Shown here: positions 18,576 to 28,423 of the stretch, one piece after another
How positions within the stretch are numbered: position 1 is the stretch's first letter
How the letters are laid out: each line of letters starts with the position of its first letter
IMG/VR virus record: IMGVR_UViG_3300036886_000043
Location: 1 to 64,000 of that record
Origin: a virus
DNA: 64,000 nucleotides
Reading direction: 5' to 3' (one strand)
Translations under genes and position numbers: made by a program
Notes under the pieces: generated by a model
Database searches by the model: none
What the model was told of the DNA's origin: nothing
Seen by the model: the letters and a program-made list of their open reading frames with translations, nothing else

Positions 18576-20792
18576 ATGTCGATCATTCGAGCCAATAAGT
18601 ACCTCGGCGAGATCATTGAGATCCTCGACATGCACCGGCAGAAGTATCGGGCCGGGGACATCGGGGACGACGAAGCGAGAGCCTCGTTATCATCTGGCGA
18701 CAACGAGTGGATTGACGGCGAGATGTACCATAGCCTGACCGACACGCGATATTTTCTATCCAACTACTACGCCATCCGAACCGAAGATAAAGGCTTCCAA
18801 GGTCTCTACCCATTCTTTGACAGCCAAGAGATTCTCTATGAGGAACTGCGGAAGCTGGAAAAGAAGAATGGCCGTGTACGGGCAATGGTTGCCAAGGCCC
18901 GACGCATGGGGTACACGACTTACATGGTTGGGGAATTCCTTCACAAGACAGTTATACGCTACAAGCACACCGACGCAATCATTGTGTCCCAGGACGAAAA
19001 GGGCGCGAAATACAACATGGGAATGTACGAATCGGCTTTCGACTTCCTGCCGTGGTGGATGAAGCCGAGAGTCAACCTGCATCAGACTGGAGCCCTCTAT
19101 AACTTCGATGAACCGGATGAGAACTTACGAGCACGGCGCCCAGGATTGAAGAACTGGGTGTATGCCGACAACGCTAATCGACCTTCGGGCGTTGGCCGCG
19201 GTCAAGGATTCCGCTGCGGGATGTTGGATGAGTTGGCTTTCTGGAAGAATTCCTCTCAGCTTTCAAAGTCACTGTTGAGGACGTTTGTCGCCCGAGACGG
19301 TTTCTACGTGATGGGATCGACAGGAAACGGTCGTAACGATGCGTGGCACAACTTGTGGAGACGTGCCGAGGCGGGATCAATCGACTGGAATCCGATCTTC
19401 ATTCCGTTCTATCGTAGGCCGAAAACCTACTCGCTTCCGATTCCGAAGGGAGAGGTCTTTGAACTGAGTCCCGAAGAGAAAGAAATGGTGGAGCAGGTTA
19501 AGCAAAAAGAGAACTTCACCATCTCAAAGGAAACGATCAACTGGATGCGGAAAACCAAAGAAGAATTCGTTGCAACGGACGGCGACGACATGCTCTTCTC
19601 TCAGGAATATCCGACCAACGCAGAAGATAGTTTCCAGAACGCGATTATTTCCGCGATCCCGAGAGGCATCATAAATCGCTACAGCAAGCGGACTGTACAG
19701 CCGGTATGGATTGGGGAAATTAGTTTCGACTTCGTAAAGTGGCTTCCCCATCTTTACATGAAGGAACTGAAGCCGGGAGAAGAAGCGCTCTATCCCGAAA
19801 TAGAAAATCGGCTGCATCTTTGGGAAAAGCCGCAACCGGGAGAGAGATATTGCGTCGGTGTAGACGTAGCTCTTGGCCAGAAAGGCGGAGACTATTCTTC
19901 ATGCACGGTGATGAAAATCAGCGCACGCGCACAATTAGACGCGCAGGTAGCGCAGTGGCATGGATACATGGACCCGCACAATCTGACGGACATCGTGCTT
20001 GCGTTAGGCTGGTACTACAACGAAGCTCTGATAGCCGTCGAAGTAAACTCGTTTGGTATGGCGACGAATACGCGGCTGATGCGCGACTACGAGTATGAGC
20101 AGATTTATCGGTTCAAGCGCATGGACCGCCTAAAGCATTTCATGACAGACATCGTTGGATTCTGGACTGATTACAAGTCGAAGAGGACGTTAATCTCCTT
20201 CTTCTCAAAGATGATGCTCGACGACCAAGTGCTCATTCGAGACAAGTACCTGATCGACGAATTGAGGGATTTCACCGAAGATGGAGCGGAAGGTGAAGGG
20301 GCACACGATGACCTGGTGATGAGCGCCATGATTGCTCTCTACTGCGGGCATGAAGGTGAATTTGAAGAGAGACGCCAGAGGCCGGCAGAGGCCGCAAAGG
20401 ACAAAAACAATTACATCGTCTACAAGATGCAGGTGATGGATGGGATGCAGATTCCAGTGAAACTATTTCAGTCTGCATCTCCATTCGAGGCTGAAAAGTT
20501 CGCAAAGAAAAAAATCGGCTCTTACATCATCAACGAGCATGGAGCGATGGCGGATTTGGTTCTCAAGCGAAAGAATGAAAAGGGAGAGTTGGAGTCGGTC
20601 ACAAAGCGCGTGCCAGCGGATTTTCAAAACACTGCGTACAGCCCAATTCACGATAGGCCGGGGACGCGGCAACGAATGTTTGATGAGGGGATTCCTGCCG
20701 AGATGATCGATTCAGAGAGCGCAGCGGAGTTCGATGCTCGGCAGGAAGACGAGGAATTAGTGAGCGATTCAGATTCATGGAAGTGGTCCTGA
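18576..20792 (+). CDS. terL: Terminase large subunit
   Basis: KARRMGYTT Walker A variant, LDELAFW Walker B, STGNG, FSQEYP, GVDVALG and HDDLVMS RNase H-like nuclease. Confidence 0.92.
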   Translation: MSIIRANKYLGEIIEILDMHRQKYRAGDIGDDEARASLSSGDNEWIDGEMYHSLTDTRYFLSNYYAIRTEDKGFQGLYPFFDSQEILYEELRKLEKKNGRVRAMVAKARRMGYTTYMVGEFLHKTVIRYKHTDAIIVSQDEKGAKYNMGMYESAFDFLPWWMKPRVNLHQTGALYNFDEPDENLRARRPGLKNWVYADNANRPSGVGRGQGFRCGMLDELAFWKNSSQLSKSLLRTFVARDGFYVMGSTGNGRNDAWHNLWRRAEAGSIDWNPIFIPFYRRPKTYSLPIPKGEVFELSPEEKEMVEQVKQKENFTISKETINWMRKTKEEFVATDGDDMLFSQEYPTNAEDSFQNAIISAIPRGIINRYSKRTVQPVWIGEISFDFVKWLPHLYMKELKPGEEALYPEIENRLHLWEKPQPGERYCVGVDVALGQKGGDYSSCTVMKISARAQLDAQVAQWHGYMDPHNLTDIVLALGWYYNEALIAVEVNSFGMATNTRLMRDYEYEQIYRFKRMDRLKHFMTDIVGFWTDYKSKRTLISFFSKMMLDDQVLIRDKYLIDELRDFTEDGAEGEGAHDDLVMSAMIALYCGHEGEFEERRQRPAEAAKDKNNYIVYKMQVMDGMQIPVKLFQSASPFEAEKFAKKKIGSYIINEHGAMADLVLKRKNEKGELESVTKRVPADFQNTAYSPIHDRPGTRQRMFDEGIPAEMIDSESAAEFDARQEDEELVSDSDSWKWS

Positions 20793-20827
20793 TGGGATTC
20801 TAAATTTTGGAATGAGGGAGAAGAGAA

Positions 20828-21433
20828 ATGCCAATCGTAAAACTGCGTTATGCCTGCCCTCAATGCGGGGCACAGATGCAAGCCGAGAACCGCCAACTGA
20901 TATGCTCTGCGAACCGCGCCCATGCGTGGAACGACATTGCAACTTTTCAAAGTCTTAACCCGCAGGTGAAGTATGAAGAGGCGAAGCCCCCGGTCATAGT
21001 CCAGCCGAACCATGTTAAGGTGGAGGTAACCGTACCTCCAAAGGTAAAGCAGGGGCTTGAGGCCAAGTTCGGAAATACTGCATCCTCTACGATTGCCGGG
21101 GTGCTTGGGATGCTGGCTGAGGGGGAGATCCTGATTGTTCCCGAGTCGGACCTTCAGCGGATGAAAGAGCGGTTTGGCAAGAAGCCGGAGAGCTCGGCGG
21201 AATTGTTTGGTCTGCTGTACTCGCTTTCAATGGACCTCGAAACCGCAAACCTGATAGCGACCAATGCTCAGAAGGACGTTCAGGCATACGAGGGCCGCAA
21301 TCCAAACTCCGTCCTGATTGACCTTGGGACAATGTATGGCCCAACGGTCGAGAAGGCCAAGGAAGCCAATGAGCCGCTGAAGCTATGGATCGAGCGAAAC
21401 CTGAAGACTGCCATTGAAAATGCGTGGTTCTGA
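20828..21433 (+). CDS. Hypothetical protein with N-terminal Zn-finger
   Basis: CPQCG...C...H. Confidence 0.65.
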   Translation: MPIVKLRYACPQCGAQMQAENRQLICSANRAHAWNDIATFQSLNPQVKYEEAKPPVIVQPNHVKVEVTVPPKVKQGLEAKFGNTASSTIAGVLGMLAEGEILIVPESDLQRMKERFGKKPESSAELFGLLYSLSMDLETANLIATNAQKDVQAYEGRNPNSVLIDLGTMYGPTVEKAKEANEPLKLWIERNLKTAIENAWF

Positions 21434-21479
21434 GATTTCCGTAGAAAACATGGCGGTTGAGAGATACGATTAAGACGAC

Positions 21480-23345
21480 ATGGCAGACTTTGAAGCTCCA
21501 ATCCCGAAGACCCCGGAAGTAGTAGACCAGTACCTCGTGGACTACTACACAAAGATGGGGTCGTTCCTTGACGGCTGCTACGAGGAAGGTGTAGCCCGCC
21601 AAAAGACCACACCTGAACTGAAGGCAATGGACGAGGCTATCGACTACCTAGCTGGAATCCAGTGGCGAGAGAAACTCCCGAGCTACAGGCCGAAGCCGGT
21701 GTCGAATGAGGTTCTATCGAACTTTTGGGAGACGATAGGATTGCTCACCGACACGAGGCCCATCTTCCACATCTCAGAGGTCGGGATGCCAGGGAACTAC
21801 TCGAAAACCTCCAAGATTCTAAACGCGATGGTCAAGGGTTGGGCTCGGAGAGACAAATTCAACCAGACGCTTGCATTCTGGACGATGTTCGGAATGTTCA
21901 CGACTTCTCCGGCTGTCCTCTACTGGAATCGGTTTGCCAGAGGGACAAGCGGCGATGCGGCCGATGCCGATATTTCTATGAAGCATCTGAGCCCGAAGGC
22001 CCTGATGCGGCTTGGGCCTACCAGACCTCACGACATCGAAGAAGACGAGATGGTGATCTACCGTCATCGGGAGACCCTTGACTGGATCAAACGAGCCTAC
22101 CCGAACATGGGAAAGCATGTTCGTCCAGACGAGGGGATAAGCCAGTACGGTGTCGAGCAGCAGGCTTCGCCACTCGTGATGCCACAATTATTCGAGCAGT
22201 TGGGTGCAGTTCAGAGACATCTCATAGGTGGCTCTGAGCAGTCAAGGGTGAGGAGTAGGTATCCAGAGGCGGAAGTCGTAGAGTTTTGGATGATCGATGA
22301 CAGCACGAACGACAGCCAAAAGACAATTTGGATGGGACCGGGGGATGGAATAGGTCCAAATAGCGCACCTTGGGGATACTGGGTCAAGCCCGGAGAAAGG
22401 CTCTATCCGCGGGGCCGGCTGGTGATCCGCTCGAACAAGGTCACGCTCTACGATGAGCCAAACCCCTACTACCACCGCAAGAGGCCGTTTGTTTTGATGG
22501 GGCTCCACTCGGTTCCGTGGCAACAGTACGCCATGAACGTGTTGAAGCCGTGGATGGATACGAACGACGTTCTCAACCAGATCATGGCTGGACTCTTGCA
22601 GGCCACGAAGAGAGCGTTGAGCCCTGCTTTAATGGCGCCGAAGTCTGCTATTCACCCGGATGCTTTGAAAGCCATTGATGCCGGCAAACCGAACCTAAAA
22701 ATCTCCTACAACTCAAACGCGGTTACAGGGCCGACCTGGCAGACACCGCCGAACATCGGCAACTACCCGATCCCGATCTACCAGGAACTCAAGCGTTCAA
22801 TCAAGGAGAACTCGGGGACCGAAGCGGTCAACCAGGCTCTTGCGAAAAAGCAAGTTCCGGGCGGCGACACACTCGACAAGATTCAGTTCTCGAAGACTAC
22901 TCCGATCCGCTTCAAGGCAGGAAACGTTGAAACAGGAGTCAATGAAATCGGAGAACTATGGACTGGGACAGCACTCCAATTCTACGACGCTGCAAGGCGC
23001 ATGGAGAGCCTTGGGTTGGATGGATTGGTGAAAGAGGACATCGACGACAGACCGGGGAGCCTGATCCCTGAAGGAGTAAACTCGGAATCGTATGTTCGCA
23101 AGTTCGGCTTTGAATGTGAACAAGGATCTTTGTTCAACTTCCAGAGACAGGACCGGATACAAATTGCGGCCGGACTGAGAAAGAACAGAGACTTGAGCCG
23201 TAAGCAGTTCTTCAAAATCGCAATTCCTGATTGGAACGTGGATCAGAAAGAGAACGACGACGAACTCATGGAAGAGGCAAAGCAGGCTGCGATGGCGATG
23301 GCGGCATCTGGCGTGAAGCCGGGAGCGCATCATGGCAGCAAATGA
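21480..23345 (+). CDS. Portal protein (P22/podovirus-like)
   Basis: 621 aa after TerL; Y.G.QW, VVEFW, PNPY....PF patterns. Confidence 0.8.
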   Translation: MADFEAPIPKTPEVVDQYLVDYYTKMGSFLDGCYEEGVARQKTTPELKAMDEAIDYLAGIQWREKLPSYRPKPVSNEVLSNFWETIGLLTDTRPIFHISEVGMPGNYSKTSKILNAMVKGWARRDKFNQTLAFWTMFGMFTTSPAVLYWNRFARGTSGDAADADISMKHLSPKALMRLGPTRPHDIEEDEMVIYRHRETLDWIKRAYPNMGKHVRPDEGISQYGVEQQASPLVMPQLFEQLGAVQRHLIGGSEQSRVRSRYPEAEVVEFWMIDDSTNDSQKTIWMGPGDGIGPNSAPWGYWVKPGERLYPRGRLVIRSNKVTLYDEPNPYYHRKRPFVLMGLHSVPWQQYAMNVLKPWMDTNDVLNQIMAGLLQATKRALSPALMAPKSAIHPDALKAIDAGKPNLKISYNSNAVTGPTWQTPPNIGNYPIPIYQELKRSIKENSGTEAVNQALAKKQVPGGDTLDKIQFSKTTPIRFKAGNVETGVNEIGELWTGTALQFYDAARRMESLGLDGLVKEDIDDRPGSLIPEGVNSESYVRKFGFECEQGSLFNFQRQDRIQIAAGLRKNRDLSRKQFFKIAIPDWNVDQKENDDELMEEAKQAAMAMAASGVKPGAHHGSK

Positions 23346-23493
23346 GAAGTTCGAGAATGAAGACATTCCGCTGATTCTCGCCACGCTCAAGAGGGCACAC
23401 GAGGTGAAGAAATATGCCCGTGTAACCGTTGATTTTAACAAGGACGGTGGGGTTGTTTCGGTGCAATTAGACATCAAGGATAAAGTGAAGTAG
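23332..23493 (+). CDS. Small protein (53 aa)
   Basis: MAANEKFENE...KYARVTVDFNKDGGVVSVQ; GGGAG RBS. Confidence 0.5.
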   Translation: MAANEKFENEDIPLILATLKRAHEVKKYARVTVDFNKDGGVVSVQLDIKDKVK

Positions 23494-23594
23494 AAAATAT
23501 TTTTATTTTCTTGTTGCAAAGAGCAAACGAAAAGGTTTATCACATTCACAGTGGGGCAAAGCAAGAGACACCGCAAAAGCGGATTGGACTCAGG

Positions 23595-23630
23595 CAGCCG
23601 TTAAGGATTCGTCCTTGGCGGCTTTTGTTT
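23595..23630 (+). terminator. Intrinsic terminator upstream of head genes
   Basis: AGCCGTTAAGGA-TTCG-TCCTTGGCGGCT then TTTGTTTT. Confidence 0.7.
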
Positions 23631-23748
23631 TGCACATGAGACCTCCGGTATCCATTCCGGGGATTGCACGTAGTACAGCGGCGTTTGGTCCGCAACCAGA
23701 ACATCGGCGAAATAAAAACCAAGGCGAGAGCCCGGAAAGGAGACCAAA

Positions 23749-23808
23749 ATGTTTGAACTGAAGCGCAAAGCGAAGCGTCATCCCGGCCGGTCCAAGAAGG
23801 CCCGCTAG
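23749..23808 (+). CDS. 19-aa highly basic peptide MFELKRKAKRHPGRSKKAR
   Basis: AAAGGAG RBS. Confidence 0.5.
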   Translation: MFELKRKAKRHPGRSKKAR

Positions 23809-23889
23809 TTAATCGCCGGGTAAAACCGGCATGAATCAAACGGGGCGGTTTTAGGACCGCCCCCAACACTTCCGAACTGAGGCTTTGAA

Positions 23890-24096
23890 ATGGCAAAAGA
23901 CGGAAAGGGAATGGCCGCACCCATTGCAGTAGGCGGTCACTATGATGCGACCTCGGCGCCGAAGTTACACAAGGGCGAGTTCGTACAAGTTGGAACTTTT
24001 ATCGACGAAGGGGACATGACCACTGTTGAGCCCCGCGGCGTGAGTGTCAACGTGAAGACCGGCAAGACGCAGGTCGGAAACTCGGAATTCGCTTAA
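23890..24096 (+). CDS. Hypothetical head-region protein
   Basis: GAGG RBS. Confidence 0.6.
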   Translation: MAKDGKGMAAPIAVGGHYDATSAPKLHKGEFVQVGTFIDEGDMTTVEPRGVSVNVKTGKTQVGNSEFA

Positions 24097-24449
24097 TGCC
24101 TCCAATCGACAGACCGCCGATGTCACCGCAAGCCCAGGCTCAGATGGGGCCTCCCGGTGGTCCGGGTTTCGGACCAGCAATCGGGAATGCCCAGGAGCAG
24201 GTGGGCAAGAACCAAGTTGACTTGGCGGTTTCAACGGTCGAAAAGATTTTGATGGGCGTACCGGACGACACGTTCCGAACCTACGTGACGAGAGCTATGG
24301 CGATCCTGAAGACCGGAGCGGCCATGGCGCAGCAGAAGGGTCCGCAATCGCAGCCAGGGGGAGTAGGACAGCCTCCGGCGGCTGGAGCAGGCGCACCCCC
24401 CCCACAGCAACCACAGTTACCTCCAATGCCGGGGCAGATGCCCGGATAA
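24096..24449 (+). CDS. Pro/Gln/Gly-rich head-region protein
   Basis: TAATG coupling. Confidence 0.65.
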   Translation: MPPIDRPPMSPQAQAQMGPPGGPGFGPAIGNAQEQVGKNQVDLAVSTVEKILMGVPDDTFRTYVTRAMAILKTGAAMAQQKGPQSQPGGVGQPPAAGAGAPPPQQPQLPPMPGQMPG

Positions 24450-24513
24450 TCATTAACGCCCGTAGCCCGTAGCCTCGACGGAGCCCGCAAGGGAAGCGAG
24501 GAAGGACAGGGAG

Positions 24514-25455
24514 ATGGCAGTCAAGACCTTTGAAGAGATTTACTCTGCGCTCAGTGCGCAAGAGAAGACGCTCATTGACAACCTTTTTGCAAAAGAACCA
24601 GAACTGAAGGGTGGGTGGCTTCGCCAAGACGACTACAGCCGCAAGCAGAACGAGTTGAAGTCGAAGGAAGCTGTATACGAGGAAGCCGTGGCGTACAAGG
24701 CAAAAACCGAGCCTTGGACGGAAATGGCCTACGACCGGATTCACAATCTGGAAGAGGCAGGCGTCATCGCTCCCGATGGAACAGTCCTTTGGACTGACCA
24801 GAAGGCACAACTCGAACAGCAACTTGAAGCAGCGAAAGCTCTTGGAGGAGACATGGACCCGAAGGTTTTGGATGATCTGGTTACCGCGAAGGTGAAGGAA
24901 ATCGCCAAGAATGCCGGCGGTTTGACGAGAGAAGAAGCAACCGCACTCTACGCGAAAGAAAGCAAGGATCTTGTTGAAGCTGGATTCAAGGAGCGCGAAG
25001 CAAAGTTTAACGCGGAAACCATTCCGTTTGTGGCTGGATTCTCCGCAGGGGTCGCGGTACTGGCAAGCCGCTACGAGCAGGAAAGCGGCGAGAAGTGGAC
25101 AGCGGAAAAGCAGAAAGAACTCTACAAGTTGATGAGCGACGAACAGAACTTCGACGCTTTCAAGGTTGAAGAGAAGTTTCTGGCACCGATCCGTGAGAAG
25201 AGCGCGGACAAGAAGAAGCGCGAAGCCGACATCGAGGCCGAAGTAAGCAAGCGGCTTGCGGATCGCGGAATGCCTGGTGGTGGCGGTGAGCGGTATATTC
25301 CTCAAGCCCCAGGCGGAGACGCTAGAGGTCTTTTGCAGAAGGCGTTGGAAGACAGCGCCGGAAGTAGCGACAAGGGTCCGGTTGATGTGCGCGACCTTGT
25401 GCAAGCAGGTGTTGTCGAGGGCGCGAGGGAATTGATAGAAGCAGGGAAAGTTTAG
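24514..25455 (+). CDS. Probable capsid scaffolding protein
   Basis: Charged helical protein with LRQDDYSRK immediately upstream of the major capsid gene. Confidence 0.65.
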   Translation: MAVKTFEEIYSALSAQEKTLIDNLFAKEPELKGGWLRQDDYSRKQNELKSKEAVYEEAVAYKAKTEPWTEMAYDRIHNLEEAGVIAPDGTVLWTDQKAQLEQQLEAAKALGGDMDPKVLDDLVTAKVKEIAKNAGGLTREEATALYAKESKDLVEAGFKEREAKFNAETIPFVAGFSAGVAVLASRYEQESGEKWTAEKQKELYKLMSDEQNFDAFKVEEKFLAPIREKSADKKKREADIEAEVSKRLADRGMPGGGGERYIPQAPGGDARGLLQKALEDSAGSSDKGPVDVRDLVQAGVVEGARELIEAGKV

Positions 25456-25638
25456 AGTTTTGCGGTTCTTTCAAAACCGTAACTGCAATCTGTAAGCGGG
25501 AAGCCTCGTGCGGAGCCCACTCGGGATTGGCAGGGATGAATCAGCAGGAAGCATTTTGCCGAACCTGTTGATGGATGAAGCGGCGCAAGCCGAGTTGTCA
25601 GCATCTCAGGCCCGAAGGGGCGGAATCGAGGCTTTAAC

Positions 25639-26619
25639 GTGCTCACCTACAACGATCTCACGAGCAAAACGCAAGACAAGATTGTGCCGCGCATTGTGGA
25701 CAATGTGTTCAAGAACTCTCCAGTCCTCACGCGGCTCAAGAACAAGAGGCGCTTCCAGTTTGAGGGCGGTCTTACGATCCGCCACAACATCATGTACGCG
25801 CCTCTGAAGGGCGGTTCGTATACACGCGGCCAAGCGTTCGATACCTCGGCAGTGCAAACGGACACCGCTCTCTACTTCAACATCAAGCAATACTACGTCA
25901 ACGTCACTCTCTACGGTTCAGATCAGGTTTTGAACCGCGGGCCGGAAGCCGCTTTGAGCTTCATCGGCTCGAAGATGATTAACGCTTCCGGTACGATGGC
26001 GCAGTTGCTTGCAACCAATCTGTACGGCGACGGCGGCGTGAACGGTTCGACCTCATTGAACTCCACGACCGACCTCGACGGCGCGGCAGCGGCCATCAAC
26101 ATCCCAGCCAACTACCCAATCTATGGCGGTACCACCAGAACCGACATCGCATCTGCGGCAAACACAGGCATCAACGCCTACTATGCGGCCCCAACGGCTT
26201 TCTCGCTTGGCGCTGTGCAGACGGCGTTCGGCGCAAGCTGGTTTGGCCAAGAGAAGCCGGATATGCTGGTGACGACTCAGCCGGTCTGGGACGCGATGTG
26301 GAACAAGCTCCAACCGCAGCAACGTTTCAATGACGAGACATCCGACGTTCACATTGGATTCCGCTCGTTCTTCTGGAACGGAGGCCAGGTGGTTGTTGAC
26401 CAGTACCTCAACGTACTCGGCGGCGCCTACCAGATGTACTTGTTCAACACCAACTACATCTTCCTCTACGTCTCGACGATTCCGAAGTACGCTTTTGGGT
26501 TCTCGGGGTGGAAGGAAGCGCAGAACACAGATGACGTGGCCGGCCAGTATTTCTATGACGGCAACCTCGTATTCGACGCACCGCGTCTGATGGGCAACCT
26601 GGCATTTAGCGCCCTGTAA
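25639..26619 (+). CDS. Major capsid protein
   Basis: 326 aa; IVDNVFKNSPVL, LYGDG, PDMLVTT, GF.SF.WNG patterns; strongly biased codons. Confidence 0.85.
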   Translation: MLTYNDLTSKTQDKIVPRIVDNVFKNSPVLTRLKNKRRFQFEGGLTIRHNIMYAPLKGGSYTRGQAFDTSAVQTDTALYFNIKQYYVNVTLYGSDQVLNRGPEAALSFIGSKMINASGTMAQLLATNLYGDGGVNGSTSLNSTTDLDGAAAAINIPANYPIYGGTTRTDIASAANTGINAYYAAPTAFSLGAVQTAFGASWFGQEKPDMLVTTQPVWDAMWNKLQPQQRFNDETSDVHIGFRSFFWNGGQVVVDQYLNVLGGAYQMYLFNTNYIFLYVSTIPKYAFGFSGWKEAQNTDDVAGQYFYDGNLVFDAPRLMGNLAFSAL

Positions 26620-26635
26620 AGAAAAGGAGAACGAA

Positions 26636-27277
26636 ATGGGACTCTTCAGTGTAAGCAATCAGCTTCTTCAGATCGACACAGGCGTAGTTCGGACCTATCT
26701 TTATAACCCCACGCTCGGCTTTGCCCCGTGGAAGGGATTGGGCGAGAACCAGGTGCTCGGTCAACGGTACATCGCTTCAGTCAACGCAACCAGCGGCGTG
26801 AACACGGCTGTGTTAAACCCAAGCGGCGCTCCGGCGATCTTCATGCTTGTCCAGTACAAGTCCACCGGGAAGCCCGCGCCTGTAGCGGGACCGGCTCCGG
26901 TCTACTGGACGGACGAGACCTACACAACGGTCTCCGGCGTCGAATCGGAAGCCCTGCTTGGCCTCAACGGAGCGGCTGGCTACCTGATGCTGAACACCAC
27001 CGACTACAGCGGCCTTACAGACGCGCTGTTGGAAGGGGCGTATTGCCTCATCCAAGTCGGCGGGTATCTTCAGAACGCTTGGGCGCCAACGTCTGGAACT
27101 CCAGGTGTCGGCAACCTGATTACGCCGCTGGCTGGAAACTGGGCATCGCAAAATGTTGTTGCAAGCGCAACGGCAGGCGGCGTGGCGTGCCGGTCGTTTG
27201 GAGTACAGGCAACCGTAATCACCACAACCCCCATCGCTGGCTTGTGCGATGTGCTCGTCAACTGCGACATCATCTAA
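26636..27277 (+). CDS. Probable capsid decoration/minor head protein
   Basis: Follows major capsid gene, strong RBS, Gly/Ala/Thr/Val-rich. Confidence 0.55.
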   Translation: MGLFSVSNQLLQIDTGVVRTYLYNPTLGFAPWKGLGENQVLGQRYIASVNATSGVNTAVLNPSGAPAIFMLVQYKSTGKPAPVAGPAPVYWTDETYTTVSGVESEALLGLNGAAGYLMLNTTDYSGLTDALLEGAYCLIQVGGYLQNAWAPTSGTPGVGNLITPLAGNWASQNVVASATAGGVACRSFGVQATVITTTPIAGLCDVLVNCDII

Positions 27278-27289
27278 GGGAGGCAAGCG

Positions 27290-27634
27290 ATGGCGTACAC
27301 AATCACGAAACTTGCCGACGGCGATCTGTCGCTCGGTAACCTGCGGGGCGAACTCGTCAACCTTCAACCAGCGTCGTCGGACTACCCAACCGGCGGATAT
27401 CTCATCCAGGGCATTGGTGGGGCGACCGAAAGCACTGGCAATGTCGGAATGGACAAGGTTCTGGCTGTGCTACCTGTGGGTGGACAGCAGGGTTATGAAC
27501 CTGTGTGGCAACCGGCAACCTCGAAGCTCGAAATGCTCTATAACGGATCTTCGGCTCCGGGTTCAAATGTTCAGGTTCCAGCCAGTACCGATCTGTCAGC
27601 CTTGACGTTTGAACTTCTTTTGCTTGGGTACTGA
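27290..27634 (+). CDS. Probable virion structural protein
   Basis: DYPTGG...DLS pattern, followed by terminator. Confidence 0.55.
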   Translation: MAYTITKLADGDLSLGNLRGELVNLQPASSDYPTGGYLIQGIGGATESTGNVGMDKVLAVLPVGGQQGYEPVWQPATSKLEMLYNGSSAPGSNVQVPASTDLSALTFELLLLGY

Positions 27635-27656
27635 CGGCCCTTCGCGGGGCAATCAC

Positions 27657-27695
27657 CGGAAGGGCGGGGGACACTCTCTCTCGCCCTTCCGTTTT
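27657..27695 (+). terminator. Intrinsic terminator after capsid genes
   Basis: CGGAAGGGCG...CGCCCTTCCG then TTTT. Confidence 0.7.
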
Positions 27696-27706
27696 AGGAG
27701 GCAGTT

Positions 27707-27928
27707 ATGGTTTACGGTGATGATGACCGCAAAGATCACAAGGATGACCGAAAGGATAGCGGCATCCGGGGCGGGTTGAAAGCCGCTGGCAAAAGCCTTA
27801 TGTCTAGCGGCCAAGACGAATTGGACCGTGCGGCCAGTGAGCGAATCACTCCGGTATCAATGAAGCGTGGCGGCAAGGTTCGGAAGGCGAAGCGCAAAGG
27901 GAAGAGACAAGCAAAGCCGAGGGACTAA
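27707..27928 (+). CDS. Small basic protein
   Basis: AGGAGG RBS; MKRGGKVRKAKRKGKR. Confidence 0.6.
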   Translation: MVYGDDDRKDHKDDRKDSGIRGGLKAAGKSLMSSGQDELDRAASERITPVSMKRGGKVRKAKRKGKRQAKPRD

Positions 27929-28077
27929 TGGCGACGAAAAGAAACAGGCCGGTTGTCATCGTTGCCCATGAGAACGAACGGGTGATACCGGCGAACAAGC
28001 GCAAGAAGGTTGAAAGGTTGATGAAGCGGTCGGGAATGAATCTGACCGACAAAACCAGGCGTGAAGGGAGAGAGTGA
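27928..28077 (+). CDS. Small basic protein (49 aa)
   Basis: TAATG coupling; VAHENERVIP. Confidence 0.55.
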   Translation: MATKRNRPVVIVAHENERVIPANKRKKVERLMKRSGMNLTDKTRREGRE

Positions 28078-28238
28078 TGGCAATATCCAGAGACAAGAAG
28101 GGCAACTGGGAGGCCGACAAGAAGAGCGGTGGTCCTCCGAAGTGGTTATCAGTTGTCAGCCCGATTTCTAATCTTGCCAGGTTGAAAAAGGGCGGCAAGG
28201 TTCGCTCCAAAAAGAAGCGGATGAAAGCGAGGTCGTAA
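28077..28238 (+). CDS. Small basic protein (53 aa)
   Basis: TGATG coupling; LKKGGKVRSKKKRMK. Confidence 0.55.
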   Translation: MAISRDKKGNWEADKKSGGPPKWLSVVSPISNLARLKKGGKVRSKKKRMKARS

Positions 28239-28402
28239 TGGCGTCGAGAGAAATCAAACCAGCTTTCAGTGAAAAGATGCGCAAGACCGTGCGCGGCGGG
28301 GCGCCCAAGGGCAAGGTTAAGGCCGCACTAACGCCTCCGAAAGAAGAGCGGCCAAAGAAGGACACCCGGAAGGTCAAGCGGGCTCTCGCAAGCGGCCGGT
28401 AA
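28238..28402 (+). CDS. Small basic protein (54 aa)
   Basis: TAATG coupling; Lys/Arg-rich. Confidence 0.55.
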   Translation: MASREIKPAFSEKMRKTVRGGAPKGKVKAALTPPKEERPKKDTRKVKRALASGR

Positions 28403-28423
28403 TTCCAAAATTTGGAGTAGACA

